A program made the translations under genes and the position numbers. A model generated the notes under the pieces. It had not been told where the DNA came from. It did no database searches and was given only the letters and a program-made list of their open reading frames with translations. This document shows, piece by piece, positions 1 through 10,817 of a stretch of DNA of 42,782 bases. Every line of letters begins with the position of its first letter. Position 1 is the first letter of the stretch. The DNA is from Methyloglobulus sp. (lineage in GTDB: Bacteria; Pseudomonadota; Gammaproteobacteria; Methylococcales; Methylomonadaceae). The stretch is from the NCBI GenBank assembly GCA_009695535.1, contig SHZQ01000001.1:1-42782 (forward strand), written 5' to 3'.

Positions 1-80
1 AGGCAAAGTTTTGATAAAGTCTAAACTTTCCGATAGAAAAATAAAAAAGCAAAAATAATAAAGAAATAAAAGAAAAATAC

Positions 81-1094
81 ATGAACAAAGCAATCATATT
101 AACAGGCATTACCACCACTGGAGCTCCGCATTTGGGCAATTATGTCGGGGCAATAAGACCCGCCATCGCCGCCAGTAAAGACCAAAATGCACAGCCTTTT
201 TACTTTTTGGCAGATTACCACGCCTTGATTAAATGCCAAGAACCAGAGCGGGTGCGGCGATCTAGCTTAGAAATTGCTGCAACTTGGCTGGCACTGGGTT
301 TGGATACCAATAATGCTGTTTTTTATCGGCAGTCAGATGTTCCTGAAATTCTGGAATTAACTTGGATGCTGACTTGCGTAACCGCCAAAGGCTTGATGAA
401 CAGGGCTCATGCCTATAAAGCCGCCGTTGCTGACAACGAACAAGGTGGCGAGAGCGATCCCGACAAAGGTATTGCGATGGGCTTGTTCAGCTATCCCGTG
501 TTGATGGCGGCGGATATATTAATGTTTAATGCCAATAAAGTCCCCGTCGGCAGGGATCAAGTGCAACATATTGAAATGGCAAGGGATATTGCAGGGCGAT
601 TCAACCATATTTATGGCGAACATTTCACGCTCCCAGAAGCTGTGCTAGATGAGAAAGGTGCGACTTTATCAGGGCTTGATGGTCGCAAAATGAGCAAAAG
701 TTATAACAACACCATCCCCTTATTCGAGCCCGAAAAGAAGTTGAGGAAGTTGATTAACAAGATCAAAACCAATTCGTTAGAGCCAGGTGAACCGAAAGAA
801 ACGGACGGTTGTACCTTATTCAGCATTTATCAATCCTTTGCTACGGAAGAAGAAGTCGAGCAAATCCGCCAACGCTATGCAGAAGGTATAGGTTGGGGTG
901 AAATGAAGCAGGTGCTGTTTGAGCATGTTAATGAGCAGATTACACCAGCACGGGAGCGTTATGATGCCTTAATGGAAAGACCCGACCATATTGAAGAACA
1001 ATTGCTTGAGGGCGCGAAAAAAGCACGAGCAATCAGTAGTCCTTTTATCCAGGAATTACGTAAAGCCGTAGGAATTAGCAGGATTACATTGTGA
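81..1094 (+). CDS. trpS: Tryptophanyl-tRNA synthetase
   Basis: HIGH-like HLGNY motif, YPVLMAADIL, VPVGRDQVQHIE and KMSKS. Confidence 0.97.
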   Translation: MNKAIILTGITTTGAPHLGNYVGAIRPAIAASKDQNAQPFYFLADYHALIKCQEPERVRRSSLEIAATWLALGLDTNNAVFYRQSDVPEILELTWMLTCVTAKGLMNRAHAYKAAVADNEQGGESDPDKGIAMGLFSYPVLMAADILMFNANKVPVGRDQVQHIEMARDIAGRFNHIYGEHFTLPEAVLDEKGATLSGLDGRKMSKSYNNTIPLFEPEKKLRKLINKIKTNSLEPGEPKETDGCTLFSIYQSFATEEEVEQIRQRYAEGIGWGEMKQVLFEHVNEQITPARERYDALMERPDHIEEQLLEGAKKARAISSPFIQELRKAVGISRITL

Positions 1095-1810
1095 GCATAT
1101 ATAACAAAACAAAATTTAGCGATTGGTTACGGAAATGCTTATTGTTTATTCGCCGTGACCCTTGGGCTTGGGTGGTTTATAGCCTGTTTGTGGCGGTAAT
1201 TTTATGTGTCGGTAGGGTTTCTTATGCGTTGGGGATTTTTTCTGCCGTCGTTTCTTTGTTCGTGGGTGTCGGCGTAGCAAAATATATCGATATGAAACAT
1301 TCGGATACCGGTTCAGTCGGTTTTTTTTGGGCCATTAAGAAAAGCCTGCCCTTGGCTATTATTATGGGCTTAATGATTATGCTGTGCTGGTTTATATTTG
1401 CAGCTCTAGCCAATATTCTAAATGGTCAAGCTGAGATGATTAGCTACTTTTTCTTCGATTGGCAGTACACATCCCAAAACCTAAGAGGCAGAGACGGCCG
1501 TGAACTGGCTATTTGGCTGTTTGGCTACGCCAATATCTCCTTGATCTTTACCTTATTGATGCTTGCTACCTTTGCCAGTTGGTACAGTTATCCTTTGATG
1601 TTGTTCAAAGATTATAGCTGGAGCCAAGCTAAGGAAATAGGCAGACAAGAGTCTGCAAAACAAAAGCAAGCGTACTACAAAACCCTGGCATTCCTCGTGT
1701 TTGAAGCCCTTTTGTGTACCGAAATAACACCCTGGTTGACACCGGTTTTATATGTGTTGACTTCGGCGTTTATGTTTGTGTCGTACAAGAATATTTTTGA
1801 AAGGACATAA
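1091..1810 (+). CDS. Multi-pass inner-membrane protein (BPSS1780-like)
   Basis: 239 aa with several hydrophobic segments; GTG start overlaps the trpS stop (GTGA), suggesting translational coupling. Family call is tentative. Confidence 0.7.
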   Translation: MSIYNKTKFSDWLRKCLLFIRRDPWAWVVYSLFVAVILCVGRVSYALGIFSAVVSLFVGVGVAKYIDMKHSDTGSVGFFWAIKKSLPLAIIMGLMIMLCWFIFAALANILNGQAEMISYFFFDWQYTSQNLRGRDGRELAIWLFGYANISLIFTLLMLATFASWYSYPLMLFKDYSWSQAKEIGRQESAKQKQAYYKTLAFLVFEALLCTEITPWLTPVLYVLTSAFMFVSYKNIFERT

Positions 1811-1813
1811 AGG

Positions 1814-2389
1814 TTATAGCAAAAGCAATCCGTTAAACTGTTCTGATAAAGCGATTAGATTGTCTTTCGGCAACTGAATGGTGAGGTGAATTTGTTCAGC
1901 GAAATTTTGATTGATAATGTCGCCATCCAGTTTTTTTAAGTGATACTCGAACGTGGGTAATTGTTTGTAATCCAGCGTCAACCGCCGTTCCACCAATTCG
2001 ATAAAGGGATGTAACTCAGCGCTTTCGATGACCCGTTTAGCGGTATTGCCATAGGCGCGAGTTAATCCGCCGGCGCCTAGCTTGATGCCGCCAAAGTAGC
2101 GGATCACAACCAGTAAGATATTAATCAAATTATTACCTTCCAAATGCTGGAAAATCGGTTTTCCGGCTGTCCCGCTCGGTTCGCCAGCATCGTTATATCG
2201 ACTAATAAAGCCGTTAGCGGTTTTGATGCGATAAGCAAAAACAATATGACTGGCATTAGGATGGTCGAGATGGCATTGCTTGAGATAATTACCCGTTTCA
2301 ACTTCATTCAGGCAAGGTGTTATCGCGCCGATAAAGCGCGATTTTTTTATCGAGTCTTCTATGGAATACTTTGATTTGATGCACTGCAT
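1814..2389 (-). CDS. yigZ: YigZ / IMPACT family protein
   Basis: IKKSRFI, DAGEPSGTAGKP and RYFGGIKLGAGGLTRAY signatures. Confidence 0.93.
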   Translation of the reverse strand: MQCIKSKYSIEDSIKKSRFIGAITPCLNEVETGNYLKQCHLDHPNASHIVFAYRIKTANGFISRYNDAGEPSGTAGKPIFQHLEGNNLINILLVVIRYFGGIKLGAGGLTRAYGNTAKRVIESAELHPFIELVERRLTLDYKQLPTFEYHLKKLDGDIINQNFAEQIHLTIQLPKDNLIALSEQFNGLLLL

Positions 2390-2484
2390 AGAAAAATGCT
2401 AACCCGTGATGGGTATTGATAGCTAGGGAAAGACTCTATAAATTGTAGCTAAATGGTGATTTCCTCTTAGCATCCCCGCCTACA

Positions 2485-2646
2485 TCACACTATGTTGGGG
2501 TGGCGAATGCACCTCAACAGTTGACAATTATCCTTGAAAGCCGGGGTTTTCGTATTTACCCAAGCTGGAGCGGCTGGGGCTTCTGTTTCAGCAGCTTCTG
2601 CGCTGCAGATACCTAATTTTGATAGAATGGAACTAAAGAAAATCAT
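2485..2646 (-). CDS. Small 53-aa ORF, possibly a truncated DUF3597-like N-terminus
   Basis: Not in the ORF track. Read by hand as MIFFSSILSKLGICSAEAAETEAPAAPAW..., with SD GAGGA 6 nt upstream of the ATG. Confidence 0.3.
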   Translation of the reverse strand: MIFFSSILSKLGICSAEAAETEAPAAPAWVNTKTPAFKDNCQLLRCIRHPNIV

Positions 2647-2798
2647 GGTTAATCCTCACTGTTTGGGTTATGGTATTTCACGTATTCATTCAGTAAATCA
2701 ATTAGTTAACCAATTCTAATGGATGGGTAATCCATACTTTACCTGTCTATACAGGTTTAGTCACTATTTACCCTACAAATTAACTGAGTTGCAGTTTG

Positions 2799-3155
2799 CT
2801 AACCGGTTAAAACTAGATCGAATTGTTTGAAAAAGTCACCGATTTTAGCTCTTGGAATTGCTATTACAGATTCTTCTAAACTGGCTACGTTTAACCCACG
2901 TTCTTGCAAAGATTCGGTTTCAGTGTATAAATCGTTGATGCCGAAGAGCGGCAGGGCTTTATAGATTGCCGCAGTCGCCTTTAAATTTGCGAGCTCTGGT
3001 TGTTGCTGCTTTTTTAGCTGAAATACGGCGTTATCGAGCAATATGATACTGACTTCTTGGTCGAATGCTGCCACAGTCATGATGATGTCCAGCATCTCCT
3101 GTACGTATGCGCCGCTGTGTGGTGGTTTTCTGAGGGCAAATAAGATTTTTTTCAC
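2799..3155 (-). CDS. tusC: Sulfur relay protein TusC/DsrF
   Basis: KKILFALRKPPHSG...AAFDQEVSIILLDNAVFQL; probable GTG start at 3155; directly downstream of tusD. Confidence 0.85.
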   Translation of the reverse strand: MKKILFALRKPPHSGAYVQEMLDIIMTVAAFDQEVSIILLDNAVFQLKKQQQPELANLKATAAIYKALPLFGINDLYTETESLQERGLNVASLEESVIAIPRAKIGDFFKQFDLVLTG

Positions 3156-3186
3156 GGGTTTGATTTGTCCGATTTTGCTCAATAAG

Positions 3187-3576
3187 CTAGCCAAATACAA
3201 GCACGCGGTCTGCTTCTATTAGTGCCTCTATCCATTGCCCTAAGCCACCAATGCGAAATTCCGTCGCTAGATCATCGCCTTGCTTACCTTGCCGCTGTGC
3301 TTCATCACCGCATAATAAGCCACGTCTTTGAGCGGCTGAAATGCACACCACGAGGTCAATATTATGTTGCTTGGCTAATTCACTCCAGCACGGGGTTAGA
3401 TTAAGCTCGTCGTCAGGTGGCGTTGTGTGTTTGAAGGCGTGGTAAATGCCTTCATGGTAAAAAAACACCCTGAAAACTTCATGTCCTTGTGCCACAGCTG
3501 CTTTGATGAATCGATAAGCGCTGTGTCCGGTATTGGACTGGTAAGGGCTGGCGTTAACTTGGATGGCAAAGCGCAT
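3187..3576 (-). CDS. tusD: Sulfur relay protein TusD/DsrE
   Basis: VFFYHEG, catalytic Cys in VCISAAQRRG, and GLGQW...ADR. Confidence 0.92.
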   Translation of the reverse strand: MRFAIQVNASPYQSNTGHSAYRFIKAAVAQGHEVFRVFFYHEGIYHAFKHTTPPDDELNLTPCWSELAKQHNIDLVVCISAAQRRGLLCGDEAQRQGKQGDDLATEFRIGGLGQWIEALIEADRVLVFG

Positions 3577-3637
3577 TATCTAGTTACTGACTGATTTTTT
3601 TACTGAACACACAAGCAGCTATCAATGTAATCAAGTG

Positions 3638-4477
3638 TTACAACAGCGGAATGTTATAGCTTGCGATAATAGCCTTTATTTCTTTAGCTTTTTTTACAAT
3701 CAACTGATCCAACACGGCTTTTCTTGGTTTATCTGATTTTCTAACACCCATCGACATCGGGAAATCAAACTGCATTCCTGGTGTTGATTTCATGGGAATC
3801 ACGGTGTAGCTGTTTTTGGGGTTTTGCGAAATAATATATCCCGCCATTGGTCCCCAAATAATCACCATATCGATTTTTTTAGCTTTCAAATCTTTGGCAA
3901 TTTGCATGGCGACGTTGTTTTCATCATCACCAGACATGCTTTGATAAGGTATGCCGTAGTCCAGCAGGCCGCTTTTTTGCAACCAAGTCGTACCGGGGCC
4001 TTGGTCAAACATGGCAATCTTGAGTTTTTCCTGCCTTTCTAAAGGCACATTGGTAAGTTGGGCGGCATCTTTAGTAATGTCATCCCAACCACGACCTTTG
4101 GCGATAAGCAACACGTAGGTGGACTGATAGTAAGGAATAGTGGTTTCTGTCAGGTCGTAGCCAGCAGGTAAGCCCATCACGACATCGCATTTGAATTCGG
4201 TGCTGTCAACCGCATCTTCCTTTACCGGAGCCATCAAGGTGTTGCGGATAAAACCAATGCGCTGTGGAAACCAAGTATATTCAACCGTTTGCTTTAGTTC
4301 TTTTGCCAGTAGCTCGGCAATTTTGTTTTCAAAACCATCTTTCTTCTTACTGGAATAGGGCGGATTAAGCGGGTCAGCGCAGACTTTGAATTTTTCTTCC
4401 GCAGATACTATAGCTGTTGCGGTTAGCAGAATTAGTCCGGCGGACAGGTGGCAAAGTAAGGGTAGGGGACGCATCAA
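3638..4477 (-). CDS. MxaJ/XoxJ-type quinoprotein (methanol) dehydrogenase-associated periplasmic binding protein
   Basis: Signal peptide, then VCADPLNPPYS, GFENKIAELLA, WFPQRIGFIRNTL, CDVVMG, PYYQSTY, WGPMAGY and MSMGVRK. Confidence 0.88.
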   Translation of the reverse strand: MMRPLPLLCHLSAGLILLTATAIVSAEEKFKVCADPLNPPYSSKKKDGFENKIAELLAKELKQTVEYTWFPQRIGFIRNTLMAPVKEDAVDSTEFKCDVVMGLPAGYDLTETTIPYYQSTYVLLIAKGRGWDDITKDAAQLTNVPLERQEKLKIAMFDQGPGTTWLQKSGLLDYGIPYQSMSGDDENNVAMQIAKDLKAKKIDMVIIWGPMAGYIISQNPKNSYTVIPMKSTPGMQFDFPMSMGVRKSDKPRKAVLDQLIVKKAKEIKAIIASYNIPLL

Positions 4478-4599
4478 ACACTCCGTTATGGTCTACTCGG
4501 TAAACATAAGACAGTTTACTTCATAAGACTTTATGGCAGAAATATAAAATGTGGCAAGTTTTTGTGCGTTTGTTAAGGCACAATGTTCGGTCAGGTAAG

Positions 4600-5342
4600 C
4601 TAAAACCCGACAGAAAGTGAGAAAATGAATGTGGCATGAACAACTTCAGGGTCATACTTCTAGTTTGCTGGGTTTTTTGCTTGCTTTAATGAGGTCGCCT
4701 CAAACGCGTGCATATAGCGTAAATCGGCTGCGATAAATTTGTATCACGCTGTAATTCCGGTATTCCAGTACAGATAATCGTATTCCAGTACTTTTTCGAC
4801 CTGGCTGTAACCGACACCGGATGAGATTTCCAGATAATCAGTCAGGGGATACCTAGCGGTGATTTCATAATCGCCGGTCACCTTGTTTTGACCGTAAAAG
4901 CTATCGGAAATAGACGCTCTCAAGGTAAGTAAGTCGCGGTAATTTAGGAACGCGTGGAACTCGTTGTAATCGGCGAGTCGCCCGAAAATTTTGCCGTCAT
5001 AAAGATAGCGTGACCATTGCATATCAATACGCCAGTCATCGGCTAATTTGTGGGTGTAGCCCAAATACGGTGCAAATTAGACACTGGAGGAATCGTTAAA
5101 CTTGCGGTCACCGAAGTCTACATTGGAAGCAGATGCCCCTAAATAGATGCCGGATGAATGCTTATAATCGAGATTTCCCTGAATGGCATAACCATTTTGG
5201 TTTTGGTGTAACCACGCCCTACGTAATTGGTTGCGCCTGTTAAAGTGCCGTGAAGATCGGCGAAACTTACGCGGGGGACTAATAATATCGGAAGCCAAGC
5301 ACACAAGCGAACAATAAAAAATATCCTTTTCGACAATTCCAT
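4600..5342 (-). pseudogene. Outer-membrane beta-barrel, TorF/TIGR02001-type putative porin, disrupted
   Basis: Signal peptide, TNYVGRG and AIQGNLDYKHSSGIYLGASASNVDF. One frameshift near 5200 and in-frame stops at 5077-5079, 4744-4746 and 4660-4662. Read-through ends FIFSLSVGF* with a C-terminal Phe. Confidence 0.82.
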
Positions 5343-5438
5343 AACGCTTTCGTGACGCGCATATTAAAAAGGCAATGGTCAATTAATTGTGATGGTTTGT
5401 CAAACTTAGTTAAATTATTCCCTATACAGTAGCCAATT

Positions 5439-8252
5439 TTAGAAAAACCGTTGCAAATAAACCCCAGTAAAGGAAGCCGGATTTTGCGAAACCTGCTTGG
5501 GCGTGCCTTCTGCAACCAACAGTCCGCCACCATCACCACCTTCAGGCCCCATATCGATCACCCAATCGGCGGTTTTGATGACATCCAGATTATGCTCGAT
5601 GACGACCACGGTATTGCCATGATCCCTTAGCTTATGTAGCACCGTAAGTAATTGTTTAATATCGTGGAAATGCAAGCCTGTGGTGGGTTCGTCGAGAATG
5701 TATAAGGTTGTTCCGGTATCGCGTTTGGATAGTTCTTTGGCGAGTTTAACCCGTTGCGCTTCGCCGCCGGACAGCGTGGTGGCGTTTTGCCCCAAGGTGA
5801 TATAGCTTAAGCCGACTTCCATCAAGGTTTGCAGTTTTCGGGACAGGGAAGGTACTGCGCTGAAAAATTCAGCGGCATCTTCAACCGTCAACTCCAGGAT
5901 TTGGGTAATGGTTTTGCCCTTATAGCGGATTTCCAGGGTTTCGCGGTTGTAACGTTTGCCTTTACAGCTGTCGCATTGCACGTAAATGTCGGGCAAAAAG
6001 TGCATTTCCACCTTAATCACGCCATCGCCTTTACAGGCTTCACAGCGTCCGCCTTTGACGTTAAAGCTAAATCGTCCTGGCGTGTAGCCACGCGAACGTG
6101 ATTCATGCGTGGCGGCATACAGTTCACGGATGGGCGTGAACAAGCCCGTGTAAGTGGCAGGGTTAGAGCGTGGCGTACGACCAATCGGACTTTGGTCAAT
6201 ATCGACGACCTTATCGAAATGCTCCAGCCCGTCAATTCCATCGCAAGGTGCAGGAATAACACCAGCACGGTTTATCAATCGTGCGGCGTGACTGTAGAGG
6301 GTGTCATTGACCAAGGTGGATTTTCCCGATCCCGACACGCCCGTCACGCAAGTCAACAAGCCGACGGGAATTGAAATAGTGACATTTTTCAGGTTGTTAC
6401 CGTGGGCATTGCGTAGCGTGATTTGTTTTTTCGTATCAATAGGCGTAGTAGTTTCTGGTACGACTATGCTGATTTTCCCCGATAAATATTGTGCGGTTAA
6501 GGATTCGTTATTATTAAGAATGTCATCAAACGTCCCTTGCGCGACGATACAACCGCCATGTACACCCGCACCTGGGCCTATATCGACAATATGATCGGCG
6601 GAACGGATGGCATCTTCATCATGTTCGACGACGATGACCGTATTGCCCAAGTCACGTAATCTGAATAAGGTGTTCAGTAGACGCTGGTTATCGCGCTGGT
6701 GCAGGCCTATGGACGGCTCATCCAGCACATACATCACGCCCACTAAGCCCGCGCCGATTTGGCTGGCAAGACGGATGCGTTGTGCTTCGCCGCCGGATAA
6801 GGTGTCGGCGCTGCGGTCTAGGGTTAGGTAATCCAAGCCCACATTCACCAAAAATTCTAGCCTTTCTCTGATTTCCTTGATGATCTTTGCGGATATTTCG
6901 CCGCGTTTTCCAGGCAGATTCAGCTCGTTGAAGAAGGCCAGTGATTGCCGGATAGGGTAGCGAGTCACCCTATGTATCGGTTTGTCGTCGATAAACACAT
7001 TCCTGGCCGAAATGTTCAACCTCGCCCCATTGCACACTGTGCAGGGCTTTTGGGATAAATATTTTGCTAGCTCTTCACGTATCATTGGTGAATCGGTTTC
7101 GTGATAGCGCCGTTCCATATTGGCGATAATTCCCTCGAAAGCGTAGCGTCTTTTAGTTGCAGTACCGCTAGTATTCAGATAGGTAAATTCGATGATTTCC
7201 TTGTCACTGCCGTAAAGGATGATCGCCTGGATGTCCTTAGTCAGCTTGGAAAATGCCATTTCAGGATCAAAATCGTAGTGTTTTGCTAGTGAGTTGATAA
7301 TCTGATAATAGTACGCATTGCGTTTGTCCCAGCCACGAATTGCACCACCCGCAAGACTTATATCGGGATTGTGGATAATCAGCTCAGGGTCAAAATGTTG
7401 CCTTACTCCCAAGCCATCACAACTACTACATGCCCCTTTGGGATTATTGAAGGAGAAAATCCGAGGTTCCAGCTCAGTAAGGCTGTAGCCGCACAGCTTA
7501 CAGGCGTAGCGTTCGGAAAATATATGCTCACTGTTATCGTCTAAGCAAACCGCAATCGCTATGCCGTCAGCTATTCGCAAGGCAGTTTCAAAGGATTCCG
7601 CTAAGCGTAAGGCAATATCGTTACGTATTTTGAAGCGATCAACAATCACTTCAATCGTATGTTTCTTTTTTAAGTCCAGCGTCGGCGCATCATCCAGATC
7701 ATAAACCACGCCATCTATACGCGCCCTGATAAAGCCTTGTGATTTCAAATCATCCAGTAATTGCAGATGTTCGCCTTTGCGGTCATTGACTATCGGCGCA
7801 AGTAGCATCCAACGCTGATCCTGCGGCTGCGCCAAGACCGAATCGACCATTTGGCTGATGGTTTGGGCTTCTAATGATGATTGATGCTCTGGGCAGCGCG
7901 GCGTACCGGCACGGGCATACAACAAGCGCAGATAGTCATAAATTTCGGTGATGGTGCCGACGGTGGAGCGTGGATTGTGGGAAGTGGATTTTTGCTCGAT
8001 GGAAATAGCAGGCGATAAGCCTTCGATATGATCGACATCGGGCTTTTCCAAGCGCGACAAAAATTGCCGCGCATAAGCAGAAAGCGATTCGACATAACGC
8101 CGTTGCCCTTCGGCATAAATGGTATCGAAAGCCAGCGACGATTTTCCTGAACCGGACAAGCCCGTGATAACAATGAGCTTATCCCTGGGTAGGTCGAGGT
8201 CGATATTTTTCAGGTTATGCGTTCTGGCACCACGGATGCTAATCGTATCCAT
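5439..8252 (-). CDS. uvrA: Excinuclease ABC subunit A
   Basis: Two ABC cassettes ([24 protein letters not shown] twice) and zinc-finger CxxC pairs; 937 aa. Confidence 0.99.
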   Translation of the reverse strand: MDTISIRGARTHNLKNIDLDLPRDKLIVITGLSGSGKSSLAFDTIYAEGQRRYVESLSAYARQFLSRLEKPDVDHIEGLSPAISIEQKSTSHNPRSTVGTITEIYDYLRLLYARAGTPRCPEHQSSLEAQTISQMVDSVLAQPQDQRWMLLAPIVNDRKGEHLQLLDDLKSQGFIRARIDGVVYDLDDAPTLDLKKKHTIEVIVDRFKIRNDIALRLAESFETALRIADGIAIAVCLDDNSEHIFSERYACKLCGYSLTELEPRIFSFNNPKGACSSCDGLGVRQHFDPELIIHNPDISLAGGAIRGWDKRNAYYYQIINSLAKHYDFDPEMAFSKLTKDIQAIILYGSDKEIIEFTYLNTSGTATKRRYAFEGIIANMERRYHETDSPMIREELAKYLSQKPCTVCNGARLNISARNVFIDDKPIHRVTRYPIRQSLAFFNELNLPGKRGEISAKIIKEIRERLEFLVNVGLDYLTLDRSADTLSGGEAQRIRLASQIGAGLVGVMYVLDEPSIGLHQRDNQRLLNTLFRLRDLGNTVIVVEHDEDAIRSADHIVDIGPGAGVHGGCIVAQGTFDDILNNNESLTAQYLSGKISIVVPETTTPIDTKKQITLRNAHGNNLKNVTISIPVGLLTCVTGVSGSGKSTLVNDTLYSHAARLINRAGVIPAPCDGIDGLEHFDKVVDIDQSPIGRTPRSNPATYTGLFTPIRELYAATHESRSRGYTPGRFSFNVKGGRCEACKGDGVIKVEMHFLPDIYVQCDSCKGKRYNRETLEIRYKGKTITQILELTVEDAAEFFSAVPSLSRKLQTLMEVGLSYITLGQNATTLSGGEAQRVKLAKELSKRDTGTTLYILDEPTTGLHFHDIKQLLTVLHKLRDHGNTVVVIEHNLDVIKTADWVIDMGPEGGDGGGLLVAEGTPKQVSQNPASFTGVYLQRFF

Positions 8253-8397
8253 TCGTTGATATGGGTTATTTAAACAGCCGAGTAATATACGATTAATCGT
8301 GATTCAAGACAAATAGCAAGGTTTGAATACGGATGCGAGCCGTCTTTTTACGGTAAATACGGAGATGTCAGTAGCGTTAACCCAATAAAGCGAGATC

Positions 8398-8427
8398 GTT
8401 TGGTTGCCTGCTGTTTGGCAACCAAAC
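8398..8427. terminator. Hairpin downstream of the MOSC gene
   Basis: Perfect 11-bp inverted repeat GTTTGGTTGCC-N8-GGCAACCAAAC; weak U-tract. Confidence 0.5.
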
Positions 8428-8441
8428 TGACATCACTAAAT

Positions 8442-9293
8442 TCAGGCTTCAATGGTAATAACATCGCCTCGCTTAACCCAGCCAGGTGTTAGCACCCGCG
8501 CATACACACCCACGCTGGGTAATTCTTTATCTGCAAATGGCACCATAGGCTTATTTTTGGCGATGCCGTTTTTGAAGATGCCATTGTCTTGCGGTAAGTC
8601 GCCTTGCGCCAGTGTAGGCATGACGCAGCGCGGACAGGGGTCAGTGACTTGCAGACGTAAGCTGTCGCCGAGTTTGATGACTTTACCTACCCAGTCATTT
8701 TCCACGAAACCTTCTTGTCCTGAGGTATCGACCATAATATTAGGGCGAAAGCGTCGGACTTCAAACCGACCTTCTGGATAGTGATGTTGCATGGCAGCTA
8801 TGGAACTGGTCGTTAACAAATGCAATGCCGCATAATCGAAGAAACTGCCTTGCGGAGCATCACCTGCGACGGCTTCATTGGAAACTTCATTGGCCTCGCC
8901 TTCGTATTCCGGCCAAAATTGTTCCAGTTTGGCATCTTTTGGGGATTGGGTTTGCAGCACGACTTTATGCCCTAATGCTTGGGTTAATTTTTCGTTGATG
9001 TCGCGTTGGTCGCTGTGTAAAACAGTGCCATCGGGAAGTGTAATCCAAAGTGCTTGCAAACTATCTTGCGACGGTGGCGTAGCGAAAGTAGCACGGTATG
9101 TGAAGAAATCAGGCCATTTTTTGGGGTTTTTTGCACTAACAACCTTGCCCGTTTCAACATCAATTAGCGCATATGCGCGGTCGCCTAAAAGCCCGTCGGT
9201 GCTGACTTCTGAGCCATTCAATTCTTCGCCCATCATGGATTTAACCGGATAACGCCAAAGCGTTGCGACAGTTGCGGATGTGTTGTTGGTCAT
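8442..9293 (-). CDS. MOSC domain protein (YcbX/mARC-like)
   Basis: LWRYPVKSMMGE, GDRAYA, RRFRPNI, PCPRCVM and GVYARV. Confidence 0.92.
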   Translation of the reverse strand: MTNNTSATVATLWRYPVKSMMGEELNGSEVSTDGLLGDRAYALIDVETGKVVSAKNPKKWPDFFTYRATFATPPSQDSLQALWITLPDGTVLHSDQRDINEKLTQALGHKVVLQTQSPKDAKLEQFWPEYEGEANEVSNEAVAGDAPQGSFFDYAALHLLTTSSIAAMQHHYPEGRFEVRRFRPNIMVDTSGQEGFVENDWVGKVIKLGDSLRLQVTDPCPRCVMPTLAQGDLPQDNGIFKNGIAKNKPMVPFADKELPSVGVYARVLTPGWVKRGDVITIEA

Positions 9294-9461
9294 GTACCTT
9301 CCTTATTCTTATGTTATTGACGGACTTAGCATAAAACTATTATCGAATCGATGCAATAATGCAAGCATCGAAATCAGCTTAATTTGGCAGACCCGATTTT
9401 ATCAACTAATCCCTGTCGATAGTGATAAAATTCAACCAAAAATAAGAGGAGGGCGCGTACA

Positions 9462-10766
9462 TTGTCAGAAAATAATAACAAACATAAGATAGTGATAGTA
9501 GGCGGCGGTGCGGCTGGCTTAGAGCTTGCCACCAGTTTGGGGCAAAAGCTAGGCAAAAAAGGCTTGGCGGAAGTTATGCTACTTGACGGCACTTCCACGC
9601 ATATATGGAAGCCGCTACTACATGAAGTTGCCGCAGGAACACTGGACGAGTCTGAGCAGGTCGAATATCTCGCGCAAGCGTATCGCAATAAATTCCGCTT
9701 TCGCTTAGGTAAAATGGAAGGGCTAAATCGCAAGAAGAAAGAAATTTACGTCAGCCCGACCTTAAGTGAAGGCGGTGAAGAGCTGATTCCAAAGCGCACA
9801 TTCAGCTACGACACCTTGGTGATGGCAATTGGTAGTGTCAGTAATTCATTTAGTATCAAAGGGGTAGAGGAGCATTGTCTGTTTTTGGATACCACCTCGC
9901 AAGCGTTCAAATTCCAAAAGCAACTGGTTGAATCCTACATTAAGAACCATGCTGGAGCAGATGCTACAAAAAATAAGCAGCTTTCAATTGCTATTGTGGG
10001 CGGCGGTGCAACAGGCGTTGAATTGTCCGCAGAGCTGCATGAAGTGACTGATTTACTTGCTGTTTATGGCTTGAATGAATCCAGTAATGTCAAGCTGACA
10101 ATTATTGAAGCTGCACCGCAATTGTTGCCAGCCTTACCAAGCAAGCTCGCTATAGCAACACAAAACCAGTTAGCAAAGCTTGAGATTGACCTGAAACTGG
10201 GTTGTCGTGTAATCGAAGTGACCAAAAAAGGCATTAAAACCCTGGATGGCGAAACTATACCAGCAGACCTTAAAGTATGGGCGGCAGGCATCAAAGCGCC
10301 GGACTGGGTGAAACGTCTGGATGGGCTGGAAACCAATCAAATCAACCAATTAGTTGTTGATGAAACCCTAAAGACCAACGACGATAATATCTTTGCTATC
10401 GGCGATTGCGCCGCTTGTCCCTGGCCTGGACATAAGGGCAATGTACCACCCAGAGCGCAAGCTGCCCACCAGCAAGCGACAACCTTGTGCCAGTCCATCG
10501 TCAACCGTTTGTCGGGCGCTGCACTGGTAAAATATAAGTATCACGATTACGGTTCGCTGGTGGCATTGGGCAAATATTCCACAGTCGGTAATTTGATGGG
10601 CAACCTGATGGGAACAGTTACTATCGGCGGATTTATTGCCCGAATTGTCTATCTGTCACTCTATAAAATGCACCAAGTAGCGATACACGGCTATTACCGC
10701 ACCGCATTGTTAACGCTGTCGAATTTGTTCCGGCGTAGCGCCCATGCAAAAATTAAGATGCACTAA
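9462..10766 (+). CDS. ndh: Type II NADH dehydrogenase
   Basis: Two Rossmann motifs (IVGGGAAG, IVGGGATGVE), WKPLLHEVAAG, WAAG and PPRAQAAHQQA; TTG start with SD GAGGAGG. Confidence 0.93.
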   Translation: MSENNNKHKIVIVGGGAAGLELATSLGQKLGKKGLAEVMLLDGTSTHIWKPLLHEVAAGTLDESEQVEYLAQAYRNKFRFRLGKMEGLNRKKKEIYVSPTLSEGGEELIPKRTFSYDTLVMAIGSVSNSFSIKGVEEHCLFLDTTSQAFKFQKQLVESYIKNHAGADATKNKQLSIAIVGGGATGVELSAELHEVTDLLAVYGLNESSNVKLTIIEAAPQLLPALPSKLAIATQNQLAKLEIDLKLGCRVIEVTKKGIKTLDGETIPADLKVWAAGIKAPDWVKRLDGLETNQINQLVVDETLKTNDDNIFAIGDCAACPWPGHKGNVPPRAQAAHQQATTLCQSIVNRLSGAALVKYKYHDYGSLVALGKYSTVGNLMGNLMGTVTIGGFIARIVYLSLYKMHQVAIHGYYRTALLTLSNLFRRSAHAKIKMH

Positions 10767-10817
10767 TTTATAGGTTCGCATTGCCACATTCCTTAACCTT
10801 TCACCCACATAAATACC

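Noticed and set aside
4600-5079. Alternative genetic code or stop readthrough in the porin gene
   Set aside because: The three internal stops are TAA, TGA and TAG, there is also a frameshift, and core genes use standard stops.
8262-8277. Possible LexA/SOS box upstream of uvrA (CTGTTTAAATAACCCA on the minus strand)
   Set aside because: Only one half-site matches CTGT-N8-ACAG; too weak to call.
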